In this document: positions 12,196-21,462 of the stretch, in pieces
How the letters are laid out: every line of letters begins with the position of its first letter
How positions within the stretch are numbered: position 1 is the stretch's first letter
NCBI GenBank assembly: GCA_963676835.2
Contig: CAXXFF010000001.1
Span: 320,001 to 384,000 of the forward strand
From: Marispirochaeta sp.
Lineage (GTDB): Bacteria; Spirochaetota; Spirochaetia; JC444; Marispirochaetaceae
Direction of reading: 5' to 3'
Length of the DNA: 64,000 nt
The notes under the pieces: model-generated
What the model saw: only the letters and a program-made list of their open reading frames with translations
What the model was told of the DNA's origin: nothing
The model's database searches: none
Translations under genes and position numbers: made by a program

Positions 12196-12729
12196 TCAGA
12201 CGCCGACATCGGCGTTTTCCAGGGGTTTGGTAATATTTTCATAGGTTTCGGCATACCTGGCGGTACCCCGTTCTTCAGTAAGTTTGTTTTTTCTTTCAAG
12301 AAGGACAAGTTTCATCAGATGGACAACCAGTTTCTCAAGGTCAAAATAGTGTCCCGATTCGAGGTCATCAAGAAACTCCCAGTTGAAGGAGAGAAGTCCC
12401 ATTTCCGCTTCGTATGCATCATCCAGAGAAGCCAGCTGCCGGGCTTTTTCTGCAACCCGCTGACTCGATGCATGGGGATAGATGTTAGGGTCCCTTCCCA
12501 GAGCGGCTGCCCTGTTTCGGGCAAGTTCACCGGCCAGAGCCTGTTCAAACTCCTGTGCCATTGCAACAAAGGAGTGGGCAGGTCCGCTGCCCGTATAAAC
12601 TGCCTGGAGGACTGCGTAGTCCTTCTCGGAAAGCATGCTTTCGACAAACTGAAGATAGCCGTCGATATCTGTTTCCGTTGTTCCGGAAAATGTCAGATAT
12701 GGAAGTGATGCGACGATGTAGTAATACAC
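12196..12729 (-). CDS. V/A-ATPase subunit C-like (DUF2764 family)
   Basis: MYYYIVASLP start and WEFLDDLE..HYFD; lies between E and A as in spirochete operons. Confidence 0.8.
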   Translation of the reverse strand: MYYYIVASLPYLTFSGTTETDIDGYLQFVESMLSEKDYAVLQAVYTGSGPAHSFVAMAQEFEQALAGELARNRAAALGRDPNIYPHASSQRVAEKARQLASLDDAYEAEMGLLSFNWEFLDDLESGHYFDLEKLVVHLMKLVLLERKNKLTEERGTARYAETYENITKPLENADVGV

Positions 12730-12739
12730 ATCCCGCCCC

Positions 12740-13351
12740 TTACGCTTCCTTCGCCGCTTCCTCGACGATGGCCGCTAACTGCGGATTAACAAGCTGGGAA
12801 AGCATTTCGGCAATCTCTCTGGAAGAGAAATCGTAGTAGCTTCCACCCTCTTTGGTTCCGATTCGGAAACCTGCAGCAATACCGGAAAAAGGCTTGATCT
12901 CGACGCCTTCACCGAATTTGGCAGCAAGCTGACTGGTCAGATCCTTACCAAGCTTCTGAGCATCCGCTTCAGAAAGCAGCAGTGAAAGTTCCCCTTCCTT
13001 ACCGTCCCATTTTTCCAGAGCAGCAGTTACAATCTTTGCAAGACCGTCACCGCTCAATGCTTCACCACTCTTTTTTGCGAGAATGGCATCGCTGATCTGC
13101 TGAATTGACTGGCGCACTTTAAGGATCATGTCCCGGGCAGCCTGCTCAAGAGCAGCCTTACCGGAGGCTTCCATGCGCTTGGCCTCTTCTTTCGCAGCAT
13201 TTTTCATGGCAAGAGCTTCTTTCTCTGCCTCTTTGATAATCTCTTCCTTGCGGCGGGCCGCATCGCTAAGAATCTTTTCAGCTTCATCTTTGGCTGAGGA
13301 GATCCCGTCGGTCTTTATCTTCTCAATAAGTTCGTTCAGTTGAACATCCAT
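12740..13351 (-). CDS. atpE: V/A-type ATP synthase subunit E
   Basis: LIEKIKTDGI, N-terminal coiled coil, GFRIG...YDFS; first gene of operon. Confidence 0.9.
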   Translation of the reverse strand: MDVQLNELIEKIKTDGISSAKDEAEKILSDAARRKEEIIKEAEKEALAMKNAAKEEAKRMEASGKAALEQAARDMILKVRQSIQQISDAILAKKSGEALSGDGLAKIVTAALEKWDGKEGELSLLLSEADAQKLGKDLTSQLAAKFGEGVEIKPFSGIAAGFRIGTKEGGSYYDFSSREIAEMLSQLVNPQLAAIVEEAAKEA

Positions 13352-13503
13352 AGCTTCCTCACTCTCCGATCAAGATCGCGCCCTAGGGCAAAAGTCCGTT
13401 AAACATACTAAATGAGCACTTCAATTAAATCAATAAGATTTTTAAAAATTACGTTACTTTTTTATCGATACATTATCGCAGCAGTCAGGCACAATAAAAC
13501 GTC

Positions 13504-13866
13504 TTACAGCACATTTGATGTGATGTATTTCGCAACCTTTTGTATTTTGCGCTCAACATATATAAAAACAGCGTCCGGATATGCAGCTTTATGTATCACA
13601 TCTTTCATTTTGGCCGTTAAAGTCTCAACAAAATTTTGAAACTCCATGCCCGGATCCACCTCATAATTTTCCAGATTCTGAACAACCTCTTTAATACCGA
13701 AAAACTCCTGCTTAAGCACGGTAATATTTTCCAGACTGACATATTCGCTGAGAGTATTCTCTTTTCTCCGCTCTTCTGTCATTGCCGCAAGAGTGTTGAT
13801 ATCCTCTTCCAGATCTTCAAGCTCAATTTTCAGTATCTTAAGGAATTTTGATACCTTCTCTTTCAT
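13504..13866 (-). CDS. Hypothetical protein (helical)
   Basis: 120-aa ORF, AAGGA-like SD, co-oriented with neighbours. Confidence 0.7.
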   Translation of the reverse strand: MKEKVSKFLKILKIELEDLEEDINTLAAMTEERRKENTLSEYVSLENITVLKQEFFGIKEVVQNLENYEVDPGMEFQNFVETLTAKMKDVIHKAAYPDAVFIYVERKIQKVAKYITSNVL

Positions 13867-13953
13867 ACTACGTCCTTTTCGGGCTCCCCCGAGGTCGCCC
13901 TCATCTTTTATTGTAGTGTAACAGAAAACTAATGCAAGGTACGAAAGTTTTTT

Positions 13954-14352
13954 TTAAAGATTTCCAAGCGAAAGGTCACCATAAATTTTATAAATACGCC
14001 CGTCCTTCTCAACTTTAAGGCTGCGGTCAGGAAAAAAGCGCGGAAGACGGATATTGATCTGATGAATCACATCATGTTCAATCTTATCCCGTTCAAGCGG
14101 GTCAATATGTTCAAGGGTGGATATCTCTATATCGACAACATAACCGCGCCCGAGCTCACTTCCGAAGCCCGGAGAGAAGGCTGCTCCGATATTAAAAAGT
14201 CCGTCATGCTCTTTATTGGAAGTCTTACCCCTTGCAGGTCTGTTGGGGTGAAGGGAATACATTTTTCCATAAGTGTCCTCAAGGTAATCATCGATTTCAT
14301 CGAACATGGCTTTAAGGGTATTGTCCCAGCGGACCATTTTAGGGTGCTTCAT
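13954..14352 (-). CDS. Hypothetical protein (probable start MKHPK at 14352)
   Basis: Globular-looking ORF (LHPNRPARG, DGLFNIG, FSPGFGSELGRGY); the Met-rich extension in the track is overlap with the upstream gene's acidic tail. Confidence 0.7.
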   Translation of the reverse strand: MKHPKMVRWDNTLKAMFDEIDDYLEDTYGKMYSLHPNRPARGKTSNKEHDGLFNIGAAFSPGFGSELGRGYVVDIEISTLEHIDPLERDKIEHDVIHQINIRLPRFFPDRSLKVEKDGRIYKIYGDLSLGNL

Positions 14353-14596
14353 CGTCTTCATCCTCATCATCATCATCCATTGAAGCACCCGGCGGGCGGC
14401 CTGTCACTTCCTGAACCGGGGGAAGTCCTGCGCTGGAGCGTCTTCCGCCGCCACTCCGTCTCCGCCGGCCTTTTGATGAATCCATGGAAGCCACTGAAAA
14501 CACTATGGGCAGAAGAACCATTATTGCAAGGGTAATGAAGATAAACTCCCAGGACCGGAAAAGTCCGAGAAGAACTTCCGCAATCACCTGTGTCAT
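14339..14596 (-). CDS. Small membrane protein
   Basis: N-terminal TM segment, basic then acidic tail; ATGA overlap with rsgA stop. Confidence 0.6.
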   Translation of the reverse strand: MTQVIAEVLLGLFRSWEFIFITLAIMVLLPIVFSVASMDSSKGRRRRSGGGRRSSAGLPPVQEVTGRPPGASMDDDDEDEDDEAP

Positions 14597-15552
14597 TTTG
14601 CTCTGCTCCTGCTTCCCCGGTTTCGGGCGGCTTCGGTTTCCTTCAGCTGCTCCAGTATACGCAGATAACTGTCGTATCTGTCCGGATGTATTGTGCCCGC
14701 ATCCAGCCCTTCTCGAACTGCACAGCCGGGCTCATGATCATGATAGCATGGAGAAAAATTGCATTTACCGAGATAGGCTTCAAATTCGGGAAAATAGTGG
14801 TCCAGATCCAGTGGCAGTATTCCGTCAATATCGATTTCCCGTATACCCGGGGTATCCACCATAAAGCCCTTAAAAGGAGGAAAGATCATTTTTGCAAAAC
14901 AGGTGGTATGACTGCCCCGGTTGTATTTTCGGGTAATATCACCTGTAGCAAGTTCGGCACCGGGAACAATTCTGTTGAGCAGGGTTGATTTACCTACCCC
15001 TGACTGCCCCACAAAGGCAGTATCCCGCCCGGAAATGCGGCTTATAAGATCATCCACCCCTTCTCCGGTTTCGGCGGAACAGAAATGTACTTCAACACCT
15101 ATCTCCCTGTATGCCTCAAGCCGCTCCTGCATGGCAGTATCAATTTCCTGATCCATCTTGTTTACCACAACCATAACAGGCATATCGCCTATGGCTGCCG
15201 CCACCAGTACCCTGTCGATAAAACGGGGCCGAAACGGGGGGGACTCCGGAGAGGTTAAACAGACCATAAGATCCATATTGGCAACAATAGTCTGCATGGT
15301 ACCCCGTTTGCGGTTGAGTCTGGCGAAGACATTGCGTCGCTCTTCCCGGGAGGTTATAAGTCCGCTGCCGTGATGCTGAGGATCTTCCTCATACTCTACA
15401 AGATCACCCACGGCAATTGGATTATATCTGCCCATATCCTGGGCCAGTTTCTTGCCTTTTATACGGCAACTGAGCTCCCGGCGGGTATCTCCTTCTTCTA
15501 TTATAAGGGTGTAGATATTATTTATTCCTGAGGCAACCCGGGCTATGGGCAT
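14593..15552 (-). CDS. rsgA: Ribosome small subunit-dependent GTPase A
   Basis: NKMD, GQSGVGKS, GSHTT, DTPG and C-terminal CNFSPCYHDHEPGCAV Zn site. Confidence 0.96.
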   Translation of the reverse strand: MPIARVASGINNIYTLIIEEGDTRRELSCRIKGKKLAQDMGRYNPIAVGDLVEYEEDPQHHGSGLITSREERRNVFARLNRKRGTMQTIVANMDLMVCLTSPESPPFRPRFIDRVLVAAAIGDMPVMVVVNKMDQEIDTAMQERLEAYREIGVEVHFCSAETGEGVDDLISRISGRDTAFVGQSGVGKSTLLNRIVPGAELATGDITRKYNRGSHTTCFAKMIFPPFKGFMVDTPGIREIDIDGILPLDLDHYFPEFEAYLGKCNFSPCYHDHEPGCAVREGLDAGTIHPDRYDSYLRILEQLKETEAARNRGSRSRAK

Positions 15553-16385
15553 GACAGGACCCCCTCAAAGCTGGCGCCGTAAAAATGGGCGAAATCGGTA
15601 TAGCTTCCGTTCTCCGGCATGGAGGTTGTATATATTCGAAAATCCCCTTCTCCCTCGGGCCTATTCCCGGCGCTCAGCTCTTCCAGACGGCGAAGAACCT
15701 CCCGGCCGACTCCTTCAACGGAATCTACAACCTCAATATCCGGCCCAAGGAGTTCCTGAAATTCATCTTTAAGATGAATAAAATGGGTGCACCCCAGCAC
15801 AAGCTGATCTACTCCTGCATCCCTGAAAAAGCTGCAGGCCGGAGTAACTGCATCCAGACGCTGCTGCAGAGTAGATCCGGTAATCCGGTGCTCCACAAAC
15901 TCAACCAGTCCCTGCCCGGCATAGCGTACAACGGAACAATCGGAAGCGAAATCTGCTATAAGTTTGTCGGTATAGCTGCTGACCACAGTTTCTGAAGTGG
16001 CAATCAGACCTATTCTACGGGCTTTGCTTTTAAGGGCAGCAGGCTTTACTGCGGGAACCACACCCACAAAAGGCAACGGAAACTTCTCCCGCAGGGCAGC
16101 CAGTGCTACTACCGAAGCGGTATTACAGGCAATAAGCACCATATCCGGGTCAAACTCTGACTGAATGCAGCCTATGCGCCGGCGGACAAGTTCAATGAGT
16201 TCTTCCTCACTTTTACTGCCGTAGGGGAATCCCTTGCTGTCGGCGAGGTAAATGTAGCGCCCCTGGGGACGGTGCCTGTGGATCCAGGAAAGATACGGCA
16301 GCCCCCCGGCACCGGAATCGAGAACGGCAAGAACGGGAGGCTTACCAACAGCGGCTGAATCAGCCGAAGAGTTTGTCAAAGGCAT
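15543..16385 (-). CDS. murI: Glutamate racemase (start uncertain, about 16379-16385)
   Basis: DSGAGG, PYG, IACNTAS, VLGCTHF. Confidence 0.95.
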   Translation of the reverse strand: MPLTNSSADSAAVGKPPVLAVLDSGAGGLPYLSWIHRHRPQGRYIYLADSKGFPYGSKSEEELIELVRRRIGCIQSEFDPDMVLIACNTASVVALAALREKFPLPFVGVVPAVKPAALKSKARRIGLIATSETVVSSYTDKLIADFASDCSVVRYAGQGLVEFVEHRITGSTLQQRLDAVTPACSFFRDAGVDQLVLGCTHFIHLKDEFQELLGPDIEVVDSVEGVGREVLRRLEELSAGNRPEGEGDFRIYTTSMPENGSYTDFAHFYGASFEGVLSCP

Positions 16386-16644
16386 TGCGGGCATCATCTT
16401 TTTTCTTTTTTTCTCCCGATCCCTGTTCCGTGCTCCGGTTGGGAGAGTATGAATCACAGTAATTGGCGGATTCTTTGTCGGTTACCTGCTCGGAGATATG
16501 TTCCTTACAGTCATACTGCTGCCCCGGGGCATAGTAGAGACAATTCCGGCACGACCTTAAAGACTTACCGCATTGTGAGCAGGTATCGTCACGATAGACT
16601 TTTCCCTCCGGCATAGGGGATCCGCATATAGCACACATGAACAT
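16360..16644 (-). CDS. Small Cys-rich (zinc-binding) protein
   Basis: CxxC three times plus ANYC; ends ARNAFDKLF. Confidence 0.7.
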   Translation of the reverse strand: MFMCAICGSPMPEGKVYRDDTCSQCGKSLRSCRNCLYYAPGQQYDCKEHISEQVTDKESANYCDSYSPNRSTEQGSGEKKKKDDARNAFDKLFG

Positions 16645-16752
16645 AGAGTACCCCAAGACGGGGGAATTGTGAAGTTCCTATATTTAATGAGTTCCTATAA
16701 TTGTTCAGTACGATAATTGATCAGTTGAGGAGCAAAACGATAGAATGATCGT

Positions 16753-17526
16753 GTGGAAAGTAAAGATGTACTGAGAATGGAAAACGTCGGGAAGAAATAC
16801 CGCGGCAGCAGCGTATGGGCATTGAAAGATTTCAACCTTACCTGCATTTCCCACGAAATTACCGCCCTTATCGGCATTAACGGTGCCGGAAAAACAACCA
16901 CCCTGCGTCTGGCTGCATCCACCCTGAAACCAAGTGAAGGCACAATCAGCATGAACAGCAGCTATTCGCACCGCAGCCGGGCGGGAATTCTCTTCGGAGG
17001 AACCAGCGGACTCTACAAACGGCTTACTGCCAGAGAAAATATTCTCTACTTTGCACAACTGAATGGAATAAACAAGAAAACTGCGGAGAAAACCCTGCAA
17101 AAACTGTCCCGCTGGCTGAATCTGGATGATTTTCTGGATATCCGTGCAGGAAAGTTTTCCACGGGAATGCTGCAGCGGACCCTGCTGGCACGGGGCCTGA
17201 TACATGATCCGCCCCTGCTGCTGCTGGATGAACCGGCCAGCGGGCTTGATCCCCGGGCGGCAGAGAGTATCTACTCCTTTATTTCCGCCTGCCGCAATGA
17301 AGGAAAGACGGTAATTTTTTCCACCCACAACCTGCATGCAGCACAACGGCTCAGTGATCGAATAGTTCTCCTGCATAAAGGCAAATGCATTTCCGCCGGT
17401 ACCTGCGAAGATGTTGCCCATACAGCAGGTTTACCCGGAGAGAGCAGCCTGGAAGATTCCTTCTTTGCTCTTACATCACCCGAATATGGTGATAAAACCG
17501 AAGTGTACACAGGTACAAAACAGTGA
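16753..17526 (+). CDS. ABC exporter ATP-binding protein (NatA-like)
   Basis: GINGAGKT, FSTGM signature, LLDEP, STH. Confidence 0.9.
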   Translation: MESKDVLRMENVGKKYRGSSVWALKDFNLTCISHEITALIGINGAGKTTTLRLAASTLKPSEGTISMNSSYSHRSRAGILFGGTSGLYKRLTARENILYFAQLNGINKKTAEKTLQKLSRWLNLDDFLDIRAGKFSTGMLQRTLLARGLIHDPPLLLLDEPASGLDPRAAESIYSFISACRNEGKTVIFSTHNLHAAQRLSDRIVLLHKGKCISAGTCEDVAHTAGLPGESSLEDSFFALTSPEYGDKTEVYTGTKQ

Positions 17527-18362
17527 ATATGATATTTCAAACTGCTGCTGCAGCACTGACAGTACTGAAAAAAGAGCTGAAAGATCTGCTGCGCGACCCC
17601 CGCACCATGGTCGTATCCATACTGCTGCCGCTGATTCTGTTTCCTCTTATATTCACCATTGCCGGCGGAAGTATGGCGGAAAACATACCCGCAATACAGA
17701 CTGATCCCGAAGAAGCCGGCCGGGCGATTCTGGCAATTATTTTACCGTTTATAATTACCATATTCAGCAGCGCCTGCCCCCTCCCCTTTGCAGCAGATCT
17801 GAGTGCCGGGGAAAAAGAACGAAAGAGTCTTGAACCGCTGCTTTCCTCTGCAGCTCCGCGGACAGCCATTATTGCAGGAAAGCTGGCTGCAGCCGGCGCA
17901 GCGGGGTTTCTCAGCCTAACAGCGTTTACCGCGGGTCTGACTATATCCTACCTGCTTAATCCGGGCATTATCGGAGACGGCGGACTGATTTTTCGCCTCT
18001 CTCCAGGCGACATTCTGCTTATATCCGCCGCTGCTGGCAGTGCTGTTTTTCTTTTTGCCGGGCTGGAGCTTCTTCTGGGTTTTCTGGCCAAATCCGTACG
18101 GGAGGCCCAGCTTCTGGGAATGCCGGTTCTCATAATCTCAGGCCTGATTGTCTATACCGCCCAGTATGCGGATCCGTCATCACTGCTGTTTAGCTGTCTT
18201 CCCCTGGTTAACCTGGCAATATTAATACAAACCACAATTACAGGAGTATTAACATTTTCCACGGTTGTGACAGTTTTCGCATGTTCGTTCTTATATTTAC
18301 TCTTGCTGATAACAGGCGGAACCCTGCTTCTGCGGCGGGAAGCAACTCTGCTGGAACAGTAG
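17523..18362 (+). CDS. ABC-2 permease (NatB-like)
   Basis: KKELKDLLRDPRT, AGEKERKSLEPLL, AKSVREAQ, multiple TM helices. Confidence 0.88.
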   Translation: MNMIFQTAAAALTVLKKELKDLLRDPRTMVVSILLPLILFPLIFTIAGGSMAENIPAIQTDPEEAGRAILAIILPFIITIFSSACPLPFAADLSAGEKERKSLEPLLSSAAPRTAIIAGKLAAAGAAGFLSLTAFTAGLTISYLLNPGIIGDGGLIFRLSPGDILLISAAAGSAVFLFAGLELLLGFLAKSVREAQLLGMPVLIISGLIVYTAQYADPSSLLFSCLPLVNLAILIQTTITGVLTFSTVVTVFACSFLYLLLLITGGTLLLRREATLLEQ

Positions 18363-18384
18363 GACTGTCCAAAGAAGAGCCGGA

Positions 18385-18413
18385 TTGATTTTCCTGCGGT
18401 TCGGAAGTATAGT
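18385..18413 (+). promoter_or_regulatory. Putative sigma70 promoter for a 20-aa ORF
   Basis: TTGATT-N17-TATAGT. Confidence 0.55.
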
Positions 18414-18448
18414 AGAAGATATAATATTAAAACTGCGGATGGAAATAT

Positions 18449-18511
18449 ATGGATATAGTAACTGCACTTGTAGTTGTAATTCTTGTTGTTGTATTGATTA
18501 AGTTAATTTAG
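18449..18511 (+). CDS. Putative 20-aa hydrophobic peptide MDIVTALVVVILVVVLIKLI
   Basis: Manual translation; weak GGA-rich SD and a promoter upstream; single TM helix with C-terminal Lys. Confidence 0.45.
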   Translation: MDIVTALVVVILVVVLIKLI

Positions 18512-18534
18512 AGAAGGAATTTCCACAAACCGTA

Positions 18535-18563
18535 TTGACAAAATTCTGCCGATTCGGTAAGTT
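18535..18563 (+). promoter_or_regulatory. tRNA promoter
   Basis: TTGACA-N17-TAAGTT, 15 nt upstream of the tRNA. Confidence 0.7.
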
Positions 18564-18578
18564 CTCTACACATTAAAC

Positions 18579-18650
<72 letters not shown>

Positions 18651-18656
18651 CTACTT

Positions 18657-18684
18657 GAGATCCTGTTCTGCAGGGTCTTTTTTT
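18657..18684 (+). terminator. Intrinsic terminator after tRNA-Gly
   Basis: GAGATCCTG-TTCTG-CAGGGTCTT stem running into a T-tract. Confidence 0.8.
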
Positions 18685-18844
18685 ATGTATCTGATGAAAA
18701 TTTTTAGCATTGTAAATAGGTTCCATATCCTTCATAATTTTTACAACAAATAAACCTACTGACAGTTTATCTGCATCTTTCCATAAATATGGAGGCAAAG
18801 AAACAGATCAATGACAACTGCAAGGCACAGCCACCTTATAATGT

Positions 18845-20032
18845 TTAAAATCCTCTCATCCTAGGCCTGAAAATATTGATAAGTTGATTGATTTTATCTT
18901 TAAAGAATTCTTTTATCTCTTCACGCTTATTATCATCAAACACATCATCACAATTCATCCTGTATCCAACACCATCTCCTACATCCCATGCCCAGACAGA
19001 ATCATGCCCAGCTTCTAAATGAATTTTTTCTTTATCCTCATCCAAGAAACTATAGATTTCCCTTCCCTCTAAATCTTTCTGACATCGAAAATATACACCA
19101 ACTCTGTTTTTGCTTTTCATGAAATATGCACTTACCCATGCACGCCGGGATTTACCTGGGTATACATAAAGATTCTGCCCTGTTGCGGGATTAGGCAATG
19201 GTTGACCAGGATCATCAAACACTAGTTCAGCAACAAGTTCACTCCAGAATTTTGTATAGAACATTTTTTCCTTCTCCCAATCTGGGGAATAGGATGGTAT
19301 ATTTGTATTTACTTTTGTTTTTTCAGTAGATGCTGACAGAGAAAATCCATGTGGAATCTCAACCACATATTTCTGTAACTCCACTGTCTTCACTACTGTT
19401 CGAGGCAAAATAATAGTCTCTAAATTATTCTTCTGATAAATTGAAAGTTCAACCATTCCAAATGTAAAGTTTAAATGGCCAGCAGCTTCCAGGAACTCCG
19501 CTATTCCAGACGCTCCTTCTCGAATACCATCCCCAACTATCAACAGCAGGAATCTACCTCTAAACAGATTGCGGCTAATTGTATCAATGAAGTCCTTTTC
19601 CTCCAGCAGCAGGTTTGAATCACCCTCAGATGCCATTTTATACAATGTGTTGCCTGTACTCTTAAGTCTACGGTTCGTTTCCCTTTGAAGATCTTCATAT
19701 GTCCATTTGGAGAGTTCTTTTGCATAGTCCAAAATTTGAGCTATAACAACTCTTCTTGCTTCCGGATTTCTCCAAAGTTTTGTCTCTATGATAATCAATT
19801 CACCTGTAGGTGTAACCATGAAGATATCAAGCGGACCAACTGGAGTACTTAACTCTGTACAAATAGGGATAACAGGGTTAAACGATTCATCTATATCACT
19901 TATTGGAAGACATTCCGGGTACTTAAAAACAAGTTCCTGAATACTCGCCTCATCCAATGCCTCTATCTGCTTTAATAATTCAACTTTTCCATCATCTATG
20001 GAAATAGGTCTGCCGTAAGCTGATTGTTTCAT
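18845..20032 (-). CDS. PD-(D/E)XK (NucS-like) nuclease with DUF4268-like C-terminus
   Basis: LDIF...IIIETKLWRNPEARRVVIAQILDYA; C-terminal FYTKFWSEL...VGVYF. Confidence 0.75.
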   Translation of the reverse strand: MKQSAYGRPISIDDGKVELLKQIEALDEASIQELVFKYPECLPISDIDESFNPVIPICTELSTPVGPLDIFMVTPTGELIIIETKLWRNPEARRVVIAQILDYAKELSKWTYEDLQRETNRRLKSTGNTLYKMASEGDSNLLLEEKDFIDTISRNLFRGRFLLLIVGDGIREGASGIAEFLEAAGHLNFTFGMVELSIYQKNNLETIILPRTVVKTVELQKYVVEIPHGFSLSASTEKTKVNTNIPSYSPDWEKEKMFYTKFWSELVAELVFDDPGQPLPNPATGQNLYVYPGKSRRAWVSAYFMKSKNRVGVYFRCQKDLEGREIYSFLDEDKEKIHLEAGHDSVWAWDVGDGVGYRMNCDDVFDDNKREEIKEFFKDKINQLINIFRPRMRGF

Positions 20033-20230
20033 GGAAACTCCTTTTGTGATTTTAAAATCTCGTTAAGATGATACAATTTGTTACAAAGTCTAATGCCATA
20101 GCATCTTTCCCAATAAAGCTGTCTCCCCGTCTGATCATCCTTCGGAAATGCACAAACAGAGTAATAATCAATTTCCAGCTCAGGAATGAGATATTGCTGC
20201 ATTAACATAGTTACTGACAGGCTTTCTTTA

Positions 20231-20713
20231 TTATGAACAGTTTTTTCCGATCTTACTCCTGATTGATTTAACTAACTTGAGTATCAATCCAGTTTGAAAT
20301 GCACTAACCAATGCACCTTCACAAAACCGGTCCTGCCGAACAATAGCTGTTGTGAGTTTGCACATTGTGGGGACATCCAGTGTATCTATATAGTCATCAA
20401 TATTATTATAAAGTTCGTTTCCGTATTCCCATGATGGCCAATCGAAAACAATTATAATGGGTATTTCATATACTATATGTATAAACCGGGTTATAACATC
20501 GGAATGTTTACAGTGGAGAGATCCGACACTACCCGTAGCCGAATTATTTCCGTATTCCCACTCTCCGAAACTCTGCGTCTGTTCTATTTCCGGTATCAGA
20601 TCAAATAACGGTTTCCATTCTTCAAGAGTATAGCTGCTTATTCGTTCTACATAATTGTCTTCATTCAGTTCTAAATCAGCCATGCTACGATCCTTTAGAG
20701 TATTTTGGTTCAT
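20231..20713 (-). CDS. DUF6508-like protein
   Basis: FDWPSW...LTTAIVRQDRFCEGAL..AFQTG pattern. Confidence 0.7.
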   Translation of the reverse strand: MNQNTLKDRSMADLELNEDNYVERISSYTLEEWKPLFDLIPEIEQTQSFGEWEYGNNSATGSVGSLHCKHSDVITRFIHIVYEIPIIIVFDWPSWEYGNELYNNIDDYIDTLDVPTMCKLTTAIVRQDRFCEGALVSAFQTGLILKLVKSIRSKIGKNCS

Positions 20714-20725
20714 AGATTATCCGCT

Positions 20726-21424
20726 TTAGTTCATTTGTATTGTAACAAAAGGATGATCGCTTAATGCTATCCGTTCACCATCGTTTTGCTTTACCGAAAA
20801 ATCCATTTCAATCTCTGTTGCCAGTGAATCGGAATGGATTACATGTTGTACAGAATTGGTTTCTTCCGCAGTCGGCCATTGTAAATTATTGACTTTCACA
20901 AAATCATAGACCTGCTCATATGCCGTCTTCTTTTGCGACCACCCTTTTTTTAAATTGAAGTCTCCCCCGATCAGGAACGTATTCCCGAGCAGTTGAGTAA
21001 ACTGTGAGATTTGCTCATTGAATCGATCAGAATATTTCTTGGTACTCTCTTTCTTCCATTGATCCTTTATCGTAATAACATTGCCATAGACATACAGAGG
21101 TTGCCCCTTATATTCAACCTTGCAGAGGACCCCGTTGAGAGGCTCCTCAATGACTACCTGCTCTGCCGGAAGTTTGCTTAAGATAGCAACCTGGTGATAC
21201 TTGTTGGGAGGGTCATAACACCTGCTTTTCTTGTAGTAACAGCTTTCATCACTGCAATACTGCGTAAAACCTGGGAACGCAATAGTTGAATTGGTTTCGG
21301 TTAAGATCAACAGATCACAGTTCTGCTTCTCAATATACGCACATATTTCAGTATACCGTTGAAGCCGACCAGCTCTCTTTGTATCCATCTCGGGGTGATC
21401 AATGTTCCAGAGTCCTATTCTCAT
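20726..21424 (-). CDS. Endonuclease/exonuclease/phosphatase (EEP) family protein
   Basis: WNI, ILTE, GGDFN, SDHP catalytic motifs. Confidence 0.88.
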   Translation of the reverse strand: MRIGLWNIDHPEMDTKRAGRLQRYTEICAYIEKQNCDLLILTETNSTIAFPGFTQYCSDESCYYKKSRCYDPPNKYHQVAILSKLPAEQVVIEEPLNGVLCKVEYKGQPLYVYGNVITIKDQWKKESTKKYSDRFNEQISQFTQLLGNTFLIGGDFNLKKGWSQKKTAYEQVYDFVKVNNLQWPTAEETNSVQHVIHSDSLATEIEMDFSVKQNDGERIALSDHPFVTIQMN

Positions 21425-21462
21425 GTTTACCCTTTGCCGTACAACAGTATCGTAGTTTTTTC

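Noticed and set aside
6094..13351. V/A-ATPase operon lacks subunit F and G genes
   Set aside because: The E-C-A-B-D-I-K layout is usual for spirochete and chlamydial operons.
14339..14390. (CAT)n-like repeat giving a poly-Met or poly-His reading
   Set aside because: It encodes the Asp/Glu-rich tail of the 85-aa membrane protein.
18651..18653. tRNA lacks encoded CCA (reads CTA)
   Set aside because: Common in bacteria that add CCA after transcription; not evidence of a pseudo-tRNA.
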